Source: an uncultured Actinomycetota bacterium (GTDB lineage Bacteria; Actinomycetota; Actinomycetes; Propionibacteriales; Nocardioidaceae). Taken from it: 64,000 bases of DNA. The DNA lies in NCBI GenBank assembly GCA_963779635.1, contig CAVZZC010000013.1:107874-171873 (forward strand), read 5' to 3'. Numbering within the stretch: position 1 is the first letter of the stretch; each line of letters starts with the position of its first letter. The position numbers were made by a program, and so were the translations under genes. Shown here one piece after another: positions 9,330 to 19,512 of this stretch. The notes below the pieces were generated by a model. That model ran no database searches. It saw only the letters and a program-made list of their open reading frames with translations, and was not told the origin of the DNA.

Positions 9330-9697
9330 CCGCGAGGCGCGGGCTCGGGCAGCACCGTCCGCGGTGGGCGTCCGGGCAGGAGCGCCACCGGCATTCCGCT
9401 GCGGATCAGCACGCGGGTCTGCAGGTTGTGGCGCTCGGTGCCGCTCGGGTCGATGAGCTTCATCCGCCAAGTGCCCTCGCCGACCTGGTCGTTCCCGACC
9501 ACGGCTTCGACCCGGAACCGACCGGGGCCACTACCGGTGACTGTGACGGGGACGTCGTGCAGGCCCTCCTCCTCGTGCAGGCGGAGCGCAAGGTTGCTCG
9601 AGGCGGGCGCCTCACCCTCCACCTCGAGAGTCACCCTCACCGTCTCCCCGGAGCGCCGGGCGTAGCTCAGCAGCGGATCGACACGCAGATCGGGCAT
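9326..9697 (-). CDS. Hypothetical small beta-rich protein
   Basis: Track ORF 9326..9709; ATG 9697 chosen as start; natural codon pattern; fills the gap. Confidence 0.6.
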   Translation of the reverse strand: MPDLRVDPLLSYARRSGETVRVTLEVEGEAPASSNLALRLHEEEGLHDVPVTVTGSGPGRFRVEAVVGNDQVGEGTWRMKLIDPSGTERHNLQTRVLIRSGMPVALLPGRPPRTVLPEPAPRG

Positions 9698-9740
9698 GAA
9701 CCCATCCAATCATCCTGGTCCGCTTGTTACCGTCCGGGTG

Positions 9741-11387
9741 ATGCTCGGGTTCGGAAAGCGTGGGGGCGGACTCGCCCAGGACCTGCGGGATGTCTCGCTC
9801 GAGCTCTCGCCGCAGTCGCACGCCCGGGTGGTGGTGATCGCCGGGAGCCCGGAGCGGCTGGCGGAGCTACGCGTCGCCGACTTCGTCCCCGACGGCGTCC
9901 GCGTCAGTGAGCTGGTGGCGCTCAGCCTCGAGCAGATGGACGCAGAGCTCGCGGCGTACGACGGCACGGGGCTGATGGTGGTCGACGCCCGACCATCCTT
10001 CGGGGGAACGCAGGCGCGCGCGTTCGAGCGACTCTTCCTCCACCTTGCCGACGGCGACGTCTGGATCGCGCTGCGCTCGCCGCAGGTGCCCGAGGGGAAG
10101 CGGGAGCGTCTCGTCGAGCTGGCCGACCGGTTCCAGGATCATGGACCGCAGGGGGTCCAGAAGCGGTGGCGGGAGCACCGGCGGTCGACCGGCCGGGTCG
10201 AGGTCGCGAGCCCGATGGTGCTGCTCGAGAAGATCCGGCCGCACCTCCTCAAGGTCCGGGAGGCCGGGGCCGTCGAGCTGTTGAACTCAAGGGAGCCCGA
10301 GCTGCAGGTCTCCGAGATCGCGTCGCTGGCGGCCGGGACGGTCCGAAGCGCGGCGATGACCGACGTCGGCGCGGCGCCGAAGCCGGCCTTCCCGGAGGAG
10401 CTCGCCTACCCGGAGGCTCAGGTCCGGCGGTACGACGGTCGGGTGGCGTTGCCCGGGGCCTCGGTCGTCGTCCACGGGCGGTCGGTGCTGCCGGACTCCT
10501 TCCGCTGGCACCTGGCGGACGATCCCGTCACCAACCGGCTGCGCGACGTGGACGAGCGGTTCGCCCGGCCGCGATCGGGGTCGATCATGCCGTGGGAGCA
10601 CCTCGCCGGCTCCTACTACTTCTTCGCCTACAACAACCCGGGTCACTTCGGCCACCTGATGACCGAGGCCGTCGCCAAGATGTGGGGGTGGGACGCGGCC
10701 AAGGCCGCGGATCCCAGCCTGAAGATCCTCTGCCGGGAGCATCCGAAACGACCCGGATCCGCTGCCGGGCGCCTCGAGAACGTCCTGCTGCCGGCGTACG
10801 GCGTCGACCCGGCCGACATCGTGTGGGCGACCGGACCGGTGACCGTCGACCACCTCGTGGGCGTGACACCGCTGTGGCACAACGCGCCGCCGTACTACGT
10901 CAACCCGGCACTGCTCGACGACTGGCGCCGGCTCCGCGACGGACTGCCCCAGGTGACGGTGGCGCCCCAGCCCAAGATCTTCGTCACCCGCGCATCGGAC
11001 TCCAATCGGTTCTGCCGCAACGCCGCCGACGTGGAGTCGCTCTTCGTGAGCCGCGGGTTCGCCGTCATCCGCCCGGAGACCTTCACCATCCCCGAGCAGG
11101 CCGCGGTGTTCGCACAGGCGCGGGTCGTCGCCGGCTTCGGCGGATCCGGGATGTTCAACCTGCTCTACGCCGACGCCCTCGAGCACGTCGTGGTGCTCAA
11201 CCACTCTGCCTACTGGGGCCGGAGCGAGCACCTGTTCGCGACCGCTCACGGCGTCGACTCGCACTTCTTCTGGAGCGACCCTGACGCGGGGCCGGAGGCA
11301 AGCAGCTATCAGGCGCACCAGGCCGACTGGGACTTCGACTTCAGCGCGAACCGCGAGGCGCTCGAGAGCCTGCTCGGCAGCCTGTAG
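9741..11387 (+). CDS. GT61 glycosyltransferase with extra N-terminal domain
   Basis: NPGHFGHLMTEAV, KIFVTR, IRPETFTIPEQAAVFAQARVVAGFGGSGMFN; TACCGT 7 nt before ATG 9741 suggests a leaderless start. Confidence 0.8.
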   Translation: MLGFGKRGGGLAQDLRDVSLELSPQSHARVVVIAGSPERLAELRVADFVPDGVRVSELVALSLEQMDAELAAYDGTGLMVVDARPSFGGTQARAFERLFLHLADGDVWIALRSPQVPEGKRERLVELADRFQDHGPQGVQKRWREHRRSTGRVEVASPMVLLEKIRPHLLKVREAGAVELLNSREPELQVSEIASLAAGTVRSAAMTDVGAAPKPAFPEELAYPEAQVRRYDGRVALPGASVVVHGRSVLPDSFRWHLADDPVTNRLRDVDERFARPRSGSIMPWEHLAGSYYFFAYNNPGHFGHLMTEAVAKMWGWDAAKAADPSLKILCREHPKRPGSAAGRLENVLLPAYGVDPADIVWATGPVTVDHLVGVTPLWHNAPPYYVNPALLDDWRRLRDGLPQVTVAPQPKIFVTRASDSNRFCRNAADVESLFVSRGFAVIRPETFTIPEQAAVFAQARVVAGFGGSGMFNLLYADALEHVVVLNHSAYWGRSEHLFATAHGVDSHFFWSDPDAGPEASSYQAHQADWDFDFSANREALESLLGSL

Positions 11388-11431
11388 TACCGCGGCCGGC
11401 GGTCGGTCGTCGGACCGGTAGCCTCGCCTGC

Positions 11432-12436
11432 GTGAAGCGGATCCTCCTCGTCACCGGCTCCGGGCGCAGTGGCACCAGCAGCGTCGCGGGCACGCTGAAG
11501 CGGCTCGGCCTGCACGTCCCGCAGCCCGAGGTGCCGGCCGACGAGAAGAACCCGCTCGGCTACTACGAGCCGCGCTGGGTCGCTGCCTTCCACAAGGGGT
11601 GGCTCGACAACATCCACGTGCGGACCATCGACACGCGCCCGCACGCCGGCGACGTCGCGATGGAGACGGTCAACCCCAAGCGCGAGGACAAGCTGCGGAC
11701 CTGGGTGGCCGACGAGCTCGCGGCTCGGCCGGACGACGACGTCGTGGTGATCAAGGAGACCCGTGCCTACTGGGTCTACCCGCTGTGGCAGCGGGTGGTC
11801 GCCGACGTCGGCGCCGAGCTGACCAGCCTGACGATGCTGCGGCATCCCACCCAGGTCGTGCGCTCCCGCGACACGGCGTACCTCTCCGGCCGCAGCGATG
11901 AGTTCCGGCTGGCGCGCGAGACCTCGAACGTCGCCGCCTGGATGAACTCCGTGTTCGTCACCGAGCGGGCCACCAGGGACAACCCCCGTGCGTTCGTGCC
12001 CTACTACGACCTGGTCGAGGACTGGCGCTCCGCGATCACCCGGGCCTGCGAGCAGCTCGGCATCGACACCGGCGACCTCACCGCCCCGCACCCGGTCGAC
12101 GACTTCATCACCCCGAGCCTGAACCGCTCCGACGACGCCTGGGACGGGCTGACCGTGCCCGACTCGCTCAAGGAGCTGGCCGAGCAGACCTGGACGGCCG
12201 CCAGCGTGCTGGTCGCGACGCCGTACGACGAGAAGGCCCGGGCTGAGCTCGATCGGCTCGCGGCGGCGTACGCCGACCTCTACACGACCGCGGCTGCGCT
12301 CGCCTCCGACGAGAAGAAGGCGGCGGTGCTGGCCGAGCAGCACAAGCTGCAGGACCGGCTGGACACCAAGAACAAGCGCATCGAGAAGCTCCGCCAGGAG
12401 GTCCATCAGCTGCGCGGGGAAGGTGCCGCCGAGTGA
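11432..12436 (+). CDS. Sulfotransferase family protein with C-terminal coiled coil
   Basis: GSGRSGTS, NPLGYYE, LRHPTQVVRS; leaderless TAGCCT. Confidence 0.7.
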   Translation: MKRILLVTGSGRSGTSSVAGTLKRLGLHVPQPEVPADEKNPLGYYEPRWVAAFHKGWLDNIHVRTIDTRPHAGDVAMETVNPKREDKLRTWVADELAARPDDDVVVIKETRAYWVYPLWQRVVADVGAELTSLTMLRHPTQVVRSRDTAYLSGRSDEFRLARETSNVAAWMNSVFVTERATRDNPRAFVPYYDLVEDWRSAITRACEQLGIDTGDLTAPHPVDDFITPSLNRSDDAWDGLTVPDSLKELAEQTWTAASVLVATPYDEKARAELDRLAAAYADLYTTAAALASDEKKAAVLAEQHKLQDRLDTKNKRIEKLRQEVHQLRGEGAAE

Positions 12437-13467
12437 CCCGGCTGGTGATGGTCGCCGGCGCCGGCCGCAGCGGCACCAGCACGATCGCGGGCGCACTCAG
12501 CATGCTCGGGCTGCACCTGCCGCAGCCCGAGGTGCCCGCTGACGAGACCAACCCGCGCGGCTTCTTCGAGTCGCAGTGGGTCGTCGACTTCCACAAGGAC
12601 CTGCTCGAACGGTCGCCGGTGATACGGACGCTCGACGCCCGCCCCGAGGTCGCCGAGCTGGCCGAGAAGCGCCCCGCCGAGGAGGACGCCGAGCGGCTCG
12701 CCGCCTGGCTGGCCGAGCAGCTCGTGCACGAGCAGGTGCTGGTGAAGGACCCGCGGGCGTTCTGGTTCCACGACCTGTGGCGGCGCGCGTCGGTCGGGCA
12801 GGGCGCTGAGCTGGCCTTCCTGAGCATGCTGCGGCACCCCGCGGAGGTCGCGAAGTCGCGCGACACCCACTACACCCCGGGCGTGGACGAGGACTTCCGG
12901 CGACACCGGGCCACCGCCAACATCGCCGGCTGGTGCAACGCCGCGTTCGTCACCGAGCGGATCACCCGGGCCGAGCCCAGGGTGTTCGTGCGCTACACCG
13001 ACCTGCTCAGCGACTGGCGCGCGGCGCTGCGGCCGGTCCGGGACTCGCTCGGCCTGGACCTCAACACCGACCTCGACTCCACCGACCACCACGCCGTCGA
13101 CGACTTCATCGACAGCGGCCTGCGCCGGTCGGAGACCACGTGGGACTCCGTCGACCTGCCCGACACGCTGCGCGCGGTCGCCGAGGGCACCTGGGAGCAG
13201 CTGAACCGGCTCGCCGACGACCCCGCCGACCCGTCCGCCGGACCCGCCCTCGAGCTGCTCCAGCGCGACTACGACAAGGTGCACGACCACGCAGTCGCCA
13301 TCGCGCTCGACCACACCAAGGCCCGCGAGGTGCACGTGCGGCGCAACGCCAAGGCCAACACCCGGGCCGAGCTCGAGGGCCGGATCTCCGACCTCGAGCG
13401 CCAGGTCGAGGAGCTCAGCGCTCCCAAGGCGCGGCGATGGGGAAGTAGGTCTCGAGGAACTCGGTGA
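12433..13467 (+). CDS. Sulfotransferase family protein (paralog of 11432..12436)
   Basis: GAGRSGTS, NPRGFFE, KDPR, LRHPAEVAKS; GTGA coupling; 3' end overlaps the convergent gene by 53 nt. Confidence 0.7.
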   Translation: MTRLVMVAGAGRSGTSTIAGALSMLGLHLPQPEVPADETNPRGFFESQWVVDFHKDLLERSPVIRTLDARPEVAELAEKRPAEEDAERLAAWLAEQLVHEQVLVKDPRAFWFHDLWRRASVGQGAELAFLSMLRHPAEVAKSRDTHYTPGVDEDFRRHRATANIAGWCNAAFVTERITRAEPRVFVRYTDLLSDWRAALRPVRDSLGLDLNTDLDSTDHHAVDDFIDSGLRRSETTWDSVDLPDTLRAVAEGTWEQLNRLADDPADPSAGPALELLQRDYDKVHDHAVAIALDHTKAREVHVRRNAKANTRAELEGRISDLERQVEELSAPKARRWGSRSRGTR

Positions 13468-16105
13468 CGATCTCGGCCACCTGCTCGGGGTCCCGGGCGA
13501 AGACGTGGCCGTCGCCGAGGCAGAACATCTCCCGCTCCCGCTGCGCGAGCTCCTTGAGCCGCCGCGGCAGGAGTGGGTCGGTGACGTCGACGAACGCGAC
13601 ATCGGCCTCGGCGACGTGCGCCGTACCGTCCATCAGGCCGTAGTGCTGACCCAGCGACGACAGCATCGAGACGTCCGTGGCCGAGCGGAACGGTGACCGC
13701 GTGGTCGCGTCCACCTCGGCAGCGAACCGCTTCGCGATCGCGGAGAGCACCGACACCCGGTGCGCGTACGGCGCGTGCAGCAGCGTGTGCAGCGTGGCCC
13801 TGCCGAACGTCTCGTGCAGCAGCCGCCGGTTGTTGGCCGCGGCCTTCGCGTAGGGGAGCTCGTCCTGGCCCGGCAGCCCGACCAGCATCGACGAGGGGAA
13901 GACCGCGGTGCTCCCCGCCCCGGTGAAGAAGCGCTCCGGCCGGAGTGGCCGGCCCAGGAAGAAGTCGTCGTTGAAGTAGAGGAAGTGCTCGCTCAGCCCC
14001 GGGATCCGGTGCACGACCGACTCGATGGCGTGGGAGTTGAACGTCGGCAGCGCGTCGGCCGGCAGCAGGTCGCGATGGTCGACCAGGTTGATCTTCGGGT
14101 CGCCGACGTCGAGCCAGGGTGGCACCTGCCCGGCGGTGACCAGGTGGATGCGGCGCACCCACGGCGCCAACAGATGCACGCTGCGCATCGAGTAGCGCAG
14201 CTCGCCGCGGTCGACGAACCGGGCCCGGCCGCTCGATGCGCGGGTGAGCATCGTCGTGTCGGTGGCCTCGGCCAGCCGGCGCTCGCGTGCGTCGTTCCAC
14301 TCCGGGTCGTTGCCGTCGACCCAGGTGTAGACGACGTCGACCGGCGAGGTGAACTCGTACGCCGTGGGCTCGACCATCAGCGGCAGGGTCGGCACCTCGA
14401 CGTCGTGGACGTTGGTCGCCACCGTCACCGCGCTCCGCGGCACCGTGGTCGTGTACGCCGCCTGGCCGGGCGAGTGCAGGTCGCCGTCCGGCCCCTCCTC
14501 CCAGAACTCCACGGCGACCGCGCAGCCCTGGCCGAGGTGGGAGGCGCCGTCCCGCACCCGCGGCCACGGCTCGAGGAGGAGCCGGCCCGTGCGGCCGCGG
14601 CGAAGCGCCGGCACCACCTCGGCGGCGGTGCCTCGGCGGCTCGGCCAGCCCTTGTGCTCGGGCTCGTGCACGGACACGTACGCCGGTAGGTCGGCTGCCA
14701 CCAGCTCGTCGAGGAACGGCCGTCGCGCCTCGATCGGCAGCACCAGGGTCGGGTGTTCGTCGGTGTGCGGCGGCACCACGAACCACTGCTCGCTCACCAC
14801 GGCGGCCGCCTCGACGGCAGCGGCGAGCGTCTCGCGTCGCGCCTGCTCGGGGGTCACCCCGGTGCCCTCGTGACCCGGCGGGGCGCTGTCGGGGTCGGCG
14901 GCCGCGACCTGATCGCCGGTCAGCAGGACGGTGCTGCGGCCGGTCGCTCCGCGTCGCCGGCGTACGGCTTGCTCGTAGATCTCGTCCCACTGCGCGGTGA
15001 TCGTCTCGCTGTCCCAGGTCGCCGCCTTGGCCGCGGCGGCCTCGCCCATCCGCTGCCGCTCGGCCGGGTCGCCGGCCAGCCGCAGCAGTCCGGCGGCGAT
15101 GCCGTGGCGGGAGCCCTGCGTGACGAGCAGGCCGTCGACGCCGTCGTCGATCTGGTCGCGGGGCCCGGACGGCATGTCGTAGGCGACGACCGGGACGCCG
15201 GCGGCCATCGCCTCCTGGATCACCAGCGGGAAGCCCTCGCCCGGCCGCGAGGTGAGCGCCGAGATGCTGGCCCGGGCCCACTCGCTGGTCAGGTCGGCGG
15301 TCGATCCGGGGCACTCGACCCGGTCCCACAGCCCCAGCTGGCGCGACATCGACATGATGTCGAACCGGGCGTGGCCGGTCCCGAAGATCCGCACCCGCCA
15401 CTCGGGGATCCGGTCGGCGACCATGCCGAACGCGGAGATCAGGTGGGTCCACTGCTTCTCGGTGGCGAGCCGGCCGGCGGCGAGGATGACCGGCTCGGTC
15501 AGCGGTGAGCGAGGCCGGTACGCCGGCGCCAGCGCGTTGGGCACCACCTCGATCCGCGGGGCGTCGTTGCCGAGCTCGACGGCGAGCCAGCGGGCCATCG
15601 GCTCGGTGAGCATCGCGACCACGTCGGCGCGGCGGGCGTGGTCGAGCAGCAGCCGGCGGCTGTTGGGTCGCTGGCTGGAGGACCGGTGCTCCTGGTGCAC
15701 GACCGCGGTGCGGGCGGGAGCGAGCTGGGTGGCGTAGCCGAGGGTGCCCGGCGTGACCGTCACCAGGACTTCGGCGTCGAGGCCGGGCAGCGCATTCTCC
15801 AGCGCCACGTCGGCCAGCGCATCCAGCGTCGGGTCGGAGCCGGCCTCGATCATCGTCGGCTGGCGTCCCTGCAGCGTCGCGGCCGTTCCGGGGTCGAGGC
15901 CGGGAACGGACACCTTGCCGCCGCGCAGGTCGACCAGGTCGGTGACCGCGACCCGCTGGTCGATCGGGAAGTGGTGGCCCTCGTCGCGATAGACGCTGAT
16001 GATCTCCACCTCGTGCCGGGCGCAGAGCGCGTTGGCCTGGGTGACGATCGCCCCGGCGGTGCCGCCGAGGTCATGGACCGTGGAGATCAGGAACGCGATC
16101 TTCAC
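13415..16105 (-). CDS. GT4 glycosyltransferase - Stealth hexose-1-phosphate transferase fusion
   Basis: GT4 EGFPLVIQE (EX7E); Stealth CR1 PVDVVYTWVDG, CR2 ELRYSMRS..PTFNSHAIES..YFNDD, CR3 HAPY, CR4 FCLGD..YFPIAAPWE. Confidence 0.9.
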   Translation of the reverse strand: MKIAFLISTVHDLGGTAGAIVTQANALCARHEVEIISVYRDEGHHFPIDQRVAVTDLVDLRGGKVSVPGLDPGTAATLQGRQPTMIEAGSDPTLDALADVALENALPGLDAEVLVTVTPGTLGYATQLAPARTAVVHQEHRSSSQRPNSRRLLLDHARRADVVAMLTEPMARWLAVELGNDAPRIEVVPNALAPAYRPRSPLTEPVILAAGRLATEKQWTHLISAFGMVADRIPEWRVRIFGTGHARFDIMSMSRQLGLWDRVECPGSTADLTSEWARASISALTSRPGEGFPLVIQEAMAAGVPVVAYDMPSGPRDQIDDGVDGLLVTQGSRHGIAAGLLRLAGDPAERQRMGEAAAAKAATWDSETITAQWDEIYEQAVRRRRGATGRSTVLLTGDQVAAADPDSAPPGHEGTGVTPEQARRETLAAAVEAAAVVSEQWFVVPPHTDEHPTLVLPIEARRPFLDELVAADLPAYVSVHEPEHKGWPSRRGTAAEVVPALRRGRTGRLLLEPWPRVRDGASHLGQGCAVAVEFWEEGPDGDLHSPGQAAYTTTVPRSAVTVATNVHDVEVPTLPLMVEPTAYEFTSPVDVVYTWVDGNDPEWNDARERRLAEATDTTMLTRASSGRARFVDRGELRYSMRSVHLLAPWVRRIHLVTAGQVPPWLDVGDPKINLVDHRDLLPADALPTFNSHAIESVVHRIPGLSEHFLYFNDDFFLGRPLRPERFFTGAGSTAVFPSSMLVGLPGQDELPYAKAAANNRRLLHETFGRATLHTLLHAPYAHRVSVLSAIAKRFAAEVDATTRSPFRSATDVSMLSSLGQHYGLMDGTAHVAEADVAFVDVTDPLLPRRLKELAQREREMFCLGDGHVFARDPEQVAEIVTEFLETYFPIAAPWER

Positions 16106-16833
16106 GGCTGCTCCTCACGGCGCACGGCCAGCAGGCCGTCCCGGGTCCACCGGAGCGAGAGCTCGGGGTCGGGCAGTGGCGGGAGGGCGATGCCGGCCAT
16201 CGGCCGGTCGAGGGCATTGCCGGCGCGGACCACGTCGGCGGCGCCCACGCGGAACGTCGCCGTCGCGCCCGCCGCCAGCGGTGGGAGCTCCGCGAGCGAG
16301 ATGGACCCGTCCGCGATCGGCAGGTCGGCGACCCGGTGCCCGTGGCTCACCAGCCCGGCATGGCTGGCGTGCGTGTCCACCCGCACCTCGACGCTGTCCT
16401 CGTCGGTCGTGAAGCCCAGGACCGCGATGGTCGCGGGGAGCCGGGTGCGTCGGACCACCACCTGGCCGTCGGCCTCGATGATCCGGAACTGACTGCGGCG
16501 GTCGCGGGTGGTCGGCTCGGCGAGGCCGGGACCGGCGGGTGCGGCGGCGGCGTACGTCACCGGGGTGGCGCGGCGCCCCGGGCCGGCGAACAGCCGCAGC
16601 TCGAGCTTGGTGTCATGGATGTCGGCGAGCGCCTCAGCGAGCGCGAACCGCACGGTGAGCAGCGGGCCTTCGGCGTCGGCCTGCGGCTCGGTGGGCAGCT
16701 CCAGGTCGGCGGCACCGCCGCGGCGGAGCAGCAGCGGGCCATCGCCACGCACCGCGAGCCACAGGTGCTCGCCGTCGAGCATCCGCGCGTAGACGGCCTC
16801 CGCGGTGTCGGAGCCGCGCCGGAAGATCGCCAT
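16102..16833 (-). CDS. Hypothetical accessory protein (MAIFRRGSD...)
   Basis: ATG 16833 overlaps the upstream Stealth TGA; this is the last 243 aa of track ORF 16102..19512; similar to 19509..20336. Confidence 0.75.
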   Translation of the reverse strand: MAIFRRGSDTAEAVYARMLDGEHLWLAVRGDGPLLLRRGGAADLELPTEPQADAEGPLLTVRFALAEALADIHDTKLELRLFAGPGRRATPVTYAAAAPAGPGLAEPTTRDRRSQFRIIEADGQVVVRRTRLPATIAVLGFTTDEDSVEVRVDTHASHAGLVSHGHRVADLPIADGSISLAELPPLAAGATATFRVGAADVVRAGNALDRPMAGIALPPLPDPELSLRWTRDGLLAVRREEQP

Positions 16834-19512
16834 CAGCCCTTCTCCCAGGGCGCGGCGACCGGGAAGTAGTCGCGGTAGAAGTCGGCGAGCAGCGCGTCGA
16901 GCTGCTCGACGCTCATCGCGTGGTCGTGGTGGTCGGCCAGGCAGATGAAGTCCTGGTCGCGGTCGAGGGCCTTGGCGAGCTGGCGGTTCACGTCGGCGTT
17001 GCTGAGGTTGACGAACGTGAGGCTGGGCTCGGCGGCGTACGCCTTCCCGGTGAGCAGCGCGTAGTGCTGGGCCAGCGAGCTCAGCGTCGATACGTCGGTG
17101 TCGCTGCGGAACGGCGACCGGGCGGTCGCCGACAGCGGCTCGGAGAACCTCTCGGTCAGCTCCTGCAGCACCGACACCCGGTGGGCGTACGGCGCGTGCG
17201 CGAGGTTGCGCGTGGTCACCGCGCCGAACGCCTCCTGCAGCAGCGCGCGGTTGTTCCACGCGGCCTTGAGGAACGGCGCCGCGTCCGGGGCGTCGGTGAG
17301 CCCGATGGTCATCGGGGAGAAGTACGTCGCGCTCAGCCCGGACGCCGTGAACAGCGTCTCCGGGCGCACCGGACGGCCGAGCAGGAAGTCGTCGTTGAAG
17401 TAGACGAAGTGCTCGGCGAGCCCGTCGATCCGGTGCAGGGACGTCTCGATCGCGTGGGAGTTGAACGTCGGCAGACCCTCGGCCGGGAGGATCTGCGCGT
17501 GGTCGACGAGGTTGACCATCGGGTGGTCGGTGTCCAGCCACTCCGGGACCTGACCCGCGGTGACCAGGTGGATCCGGCGTACCCACGGAGCGAAGAGGTG
17601 GATGCTGCGGAAGGAGTAGCGCAGCTCGTCGTGCGCGATGAACCTGGCCTGACCGCTGGACTCCCGGGTCTGCGCGGTGCCGGTGACACCGGCCAGCCGC
17701 GCCTCGCGGGCGGCGTTCCAGGCCGGGTCGCTGCCGTCGACCCAGGTGTAGACGACGTCGACCGGGAACCGCACCTCGCCGACCGTGGGCGCCGCCATCA
17801 CCGGCAGCGTCGGGACCTTGACTCCCTCGACCTCCACCTCGACGGTGTCCGGCTCCGCGGGCATCCGGTCGGCGTACGGGTTGCGGCGCGGGCCGACCAG
17901 GTCGCCCGGGACCGAGCGCTCCCAGAACTGCACCTCGACCGAGCAGCCCTGGCCGAGCACACCCTCGGGCCAGGGCTCGATGCAGACCGCCGCGGTCATC
18001 CCGCGGCGCAGGCTGGCGCCGAGGTCGGCGATGGTGCCGCGACGCTCGTGCCAGCCGTTCAGGGCCGGATCCCGCAGGGAGAGGTACGCCGGCGGGTCGG
18101 CCTCGACCAGCGCGGTCAGGAACGCGTCGCGCGCCGTCATCGGCAGCACCACGATCGCGGTGTCGTTCTCGTGCGGCGGGATGACCAGCCAGTCGGCGCC
18201 GGTGGCCCGGGCCGCGTCGACGGCGCAGGTGAGGGCCTGGTGACGTGCCTGCGCCGGAGTCGACGTTGGTTGAGGTGCGGGCGGAGCGGGCCTCGAAACC
18301 ACCCTTTCTCGCCGCGGTGGCGCCCACGGTGAGCCGCCCCTGGTTGGCCCGGCGCGCCCTGGCCTCGGAGAAGATCCCGATCCAGCGCTCGGCGAGCGCG
18401 CCGGCGTCGTACTGCCGAGCGGTGCGGAGCGCCCCCTGGCCGAGGCGCTGCCGCAGCTCGGCGTCGGTGGTCAGCCGGAGCAGCGCCGCCGACATCCCGG
18501 CGACCGACTGCGGGCCGACCAGCAGGCCGTTGACCTCGTGCTCGATGATCTCCCGCGGCCCCGAGGCGGAGTCGAAGCTGGCGACCGGCACCCCCGCGGC
18601 CATCGCCTCCTGCACCACCAGCGGGAAACCCTCGGTGCGGGACGTCAGTGCGGCAACCGAGGCCTTGGCCCACTCGGCGGCCATGTCGCTGACGCCGCCG
18701 GGCAGCTCGACGCGGTCCCAGAGCCCCCACTTGCGGATCTCGCGGACCAGGTCGGGTCGCTCCGGGCCGGTGCCGCAGATCCGCAGCCGCCACTCGGGGA
18801 TCTGGTCGGCGATCTCGGCGAACGCCGCGACCAGGAGCGGGAACTGCTTCTCCTGCACCAGCCTGCCGGCCGTGAGGATCAGCGGGTTGTCGAGCCGCGA
18901 GCGGGGCTGGAACCCCAGGGGCAGCGGGTTGGGCATTACCACGGTCGGCGGGCAGAGCGGGCCGAGCTGCTCCCGCAGCCACTCCTCGAGCGGCGGGGTC
19001 AACATCGCCACGACGTCGGCCCGCGGGGCGTAGTTGAGCAGCGGCTCCAGCCCGCGCGAGCGGCCGGACGACGACCGGTGCTCCTGGTGCACGACCACGA
19101 CCCGGTCGGGCAGCAGGTCGATCCCCGCAACCAGCAGGCCGGGGGTGACCGTCACCGCGACGTCGACGTCGAGGGTCGGAAGCGCCGCCTCCATCGCGAC
19201 GTCGCAGAGCGCGGTGAACTGCTTGTCCCAGCGGTTCGGCACCAGCGCCGACTCCTGCCGGTGCAGCGCGAGCGCGACATCGGCGGGCACCAGGCCATCG
19301 GGGACGGCCAGTGGCTTCTTCGGGTCGCGGACGTCGACGAGGTAGTCGACGCCGATCCGGTCGTCGATGTCGTAGTGCGGCCGGTCGCCGGACCGGGTGA
19401 CGCTGACGATCCGGACGTCCTGGTGCGGCGCCAGCGCGTTGGCCTGGGTGATGGCCGAGCGGGAGGTGCCGCCCATCCCGTCGATGTTGAAGACGATGAA
19501 GGCGATCTTCAT
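16833..19512 (-). pseudogene. Second GT4-Stealth fusion, split by a +1 frameshift near 18300
   Basis: GT4 half in the frame starting at 19512; Stealth half (CR1-CR4) in the frame of 16833..18302; colinear with the intact paralog 13415..16105. Confidence 0.8.

Noticed and set aside
16102-19512. 1136-aa track ORF as a real GT4-accessory fusion
   Set aside because: The middle ~490 aa is Arg/Gly/Pro-rich off-frame translation of the Stealth domain; the accessory gene has its own coupled ATG at 16833.
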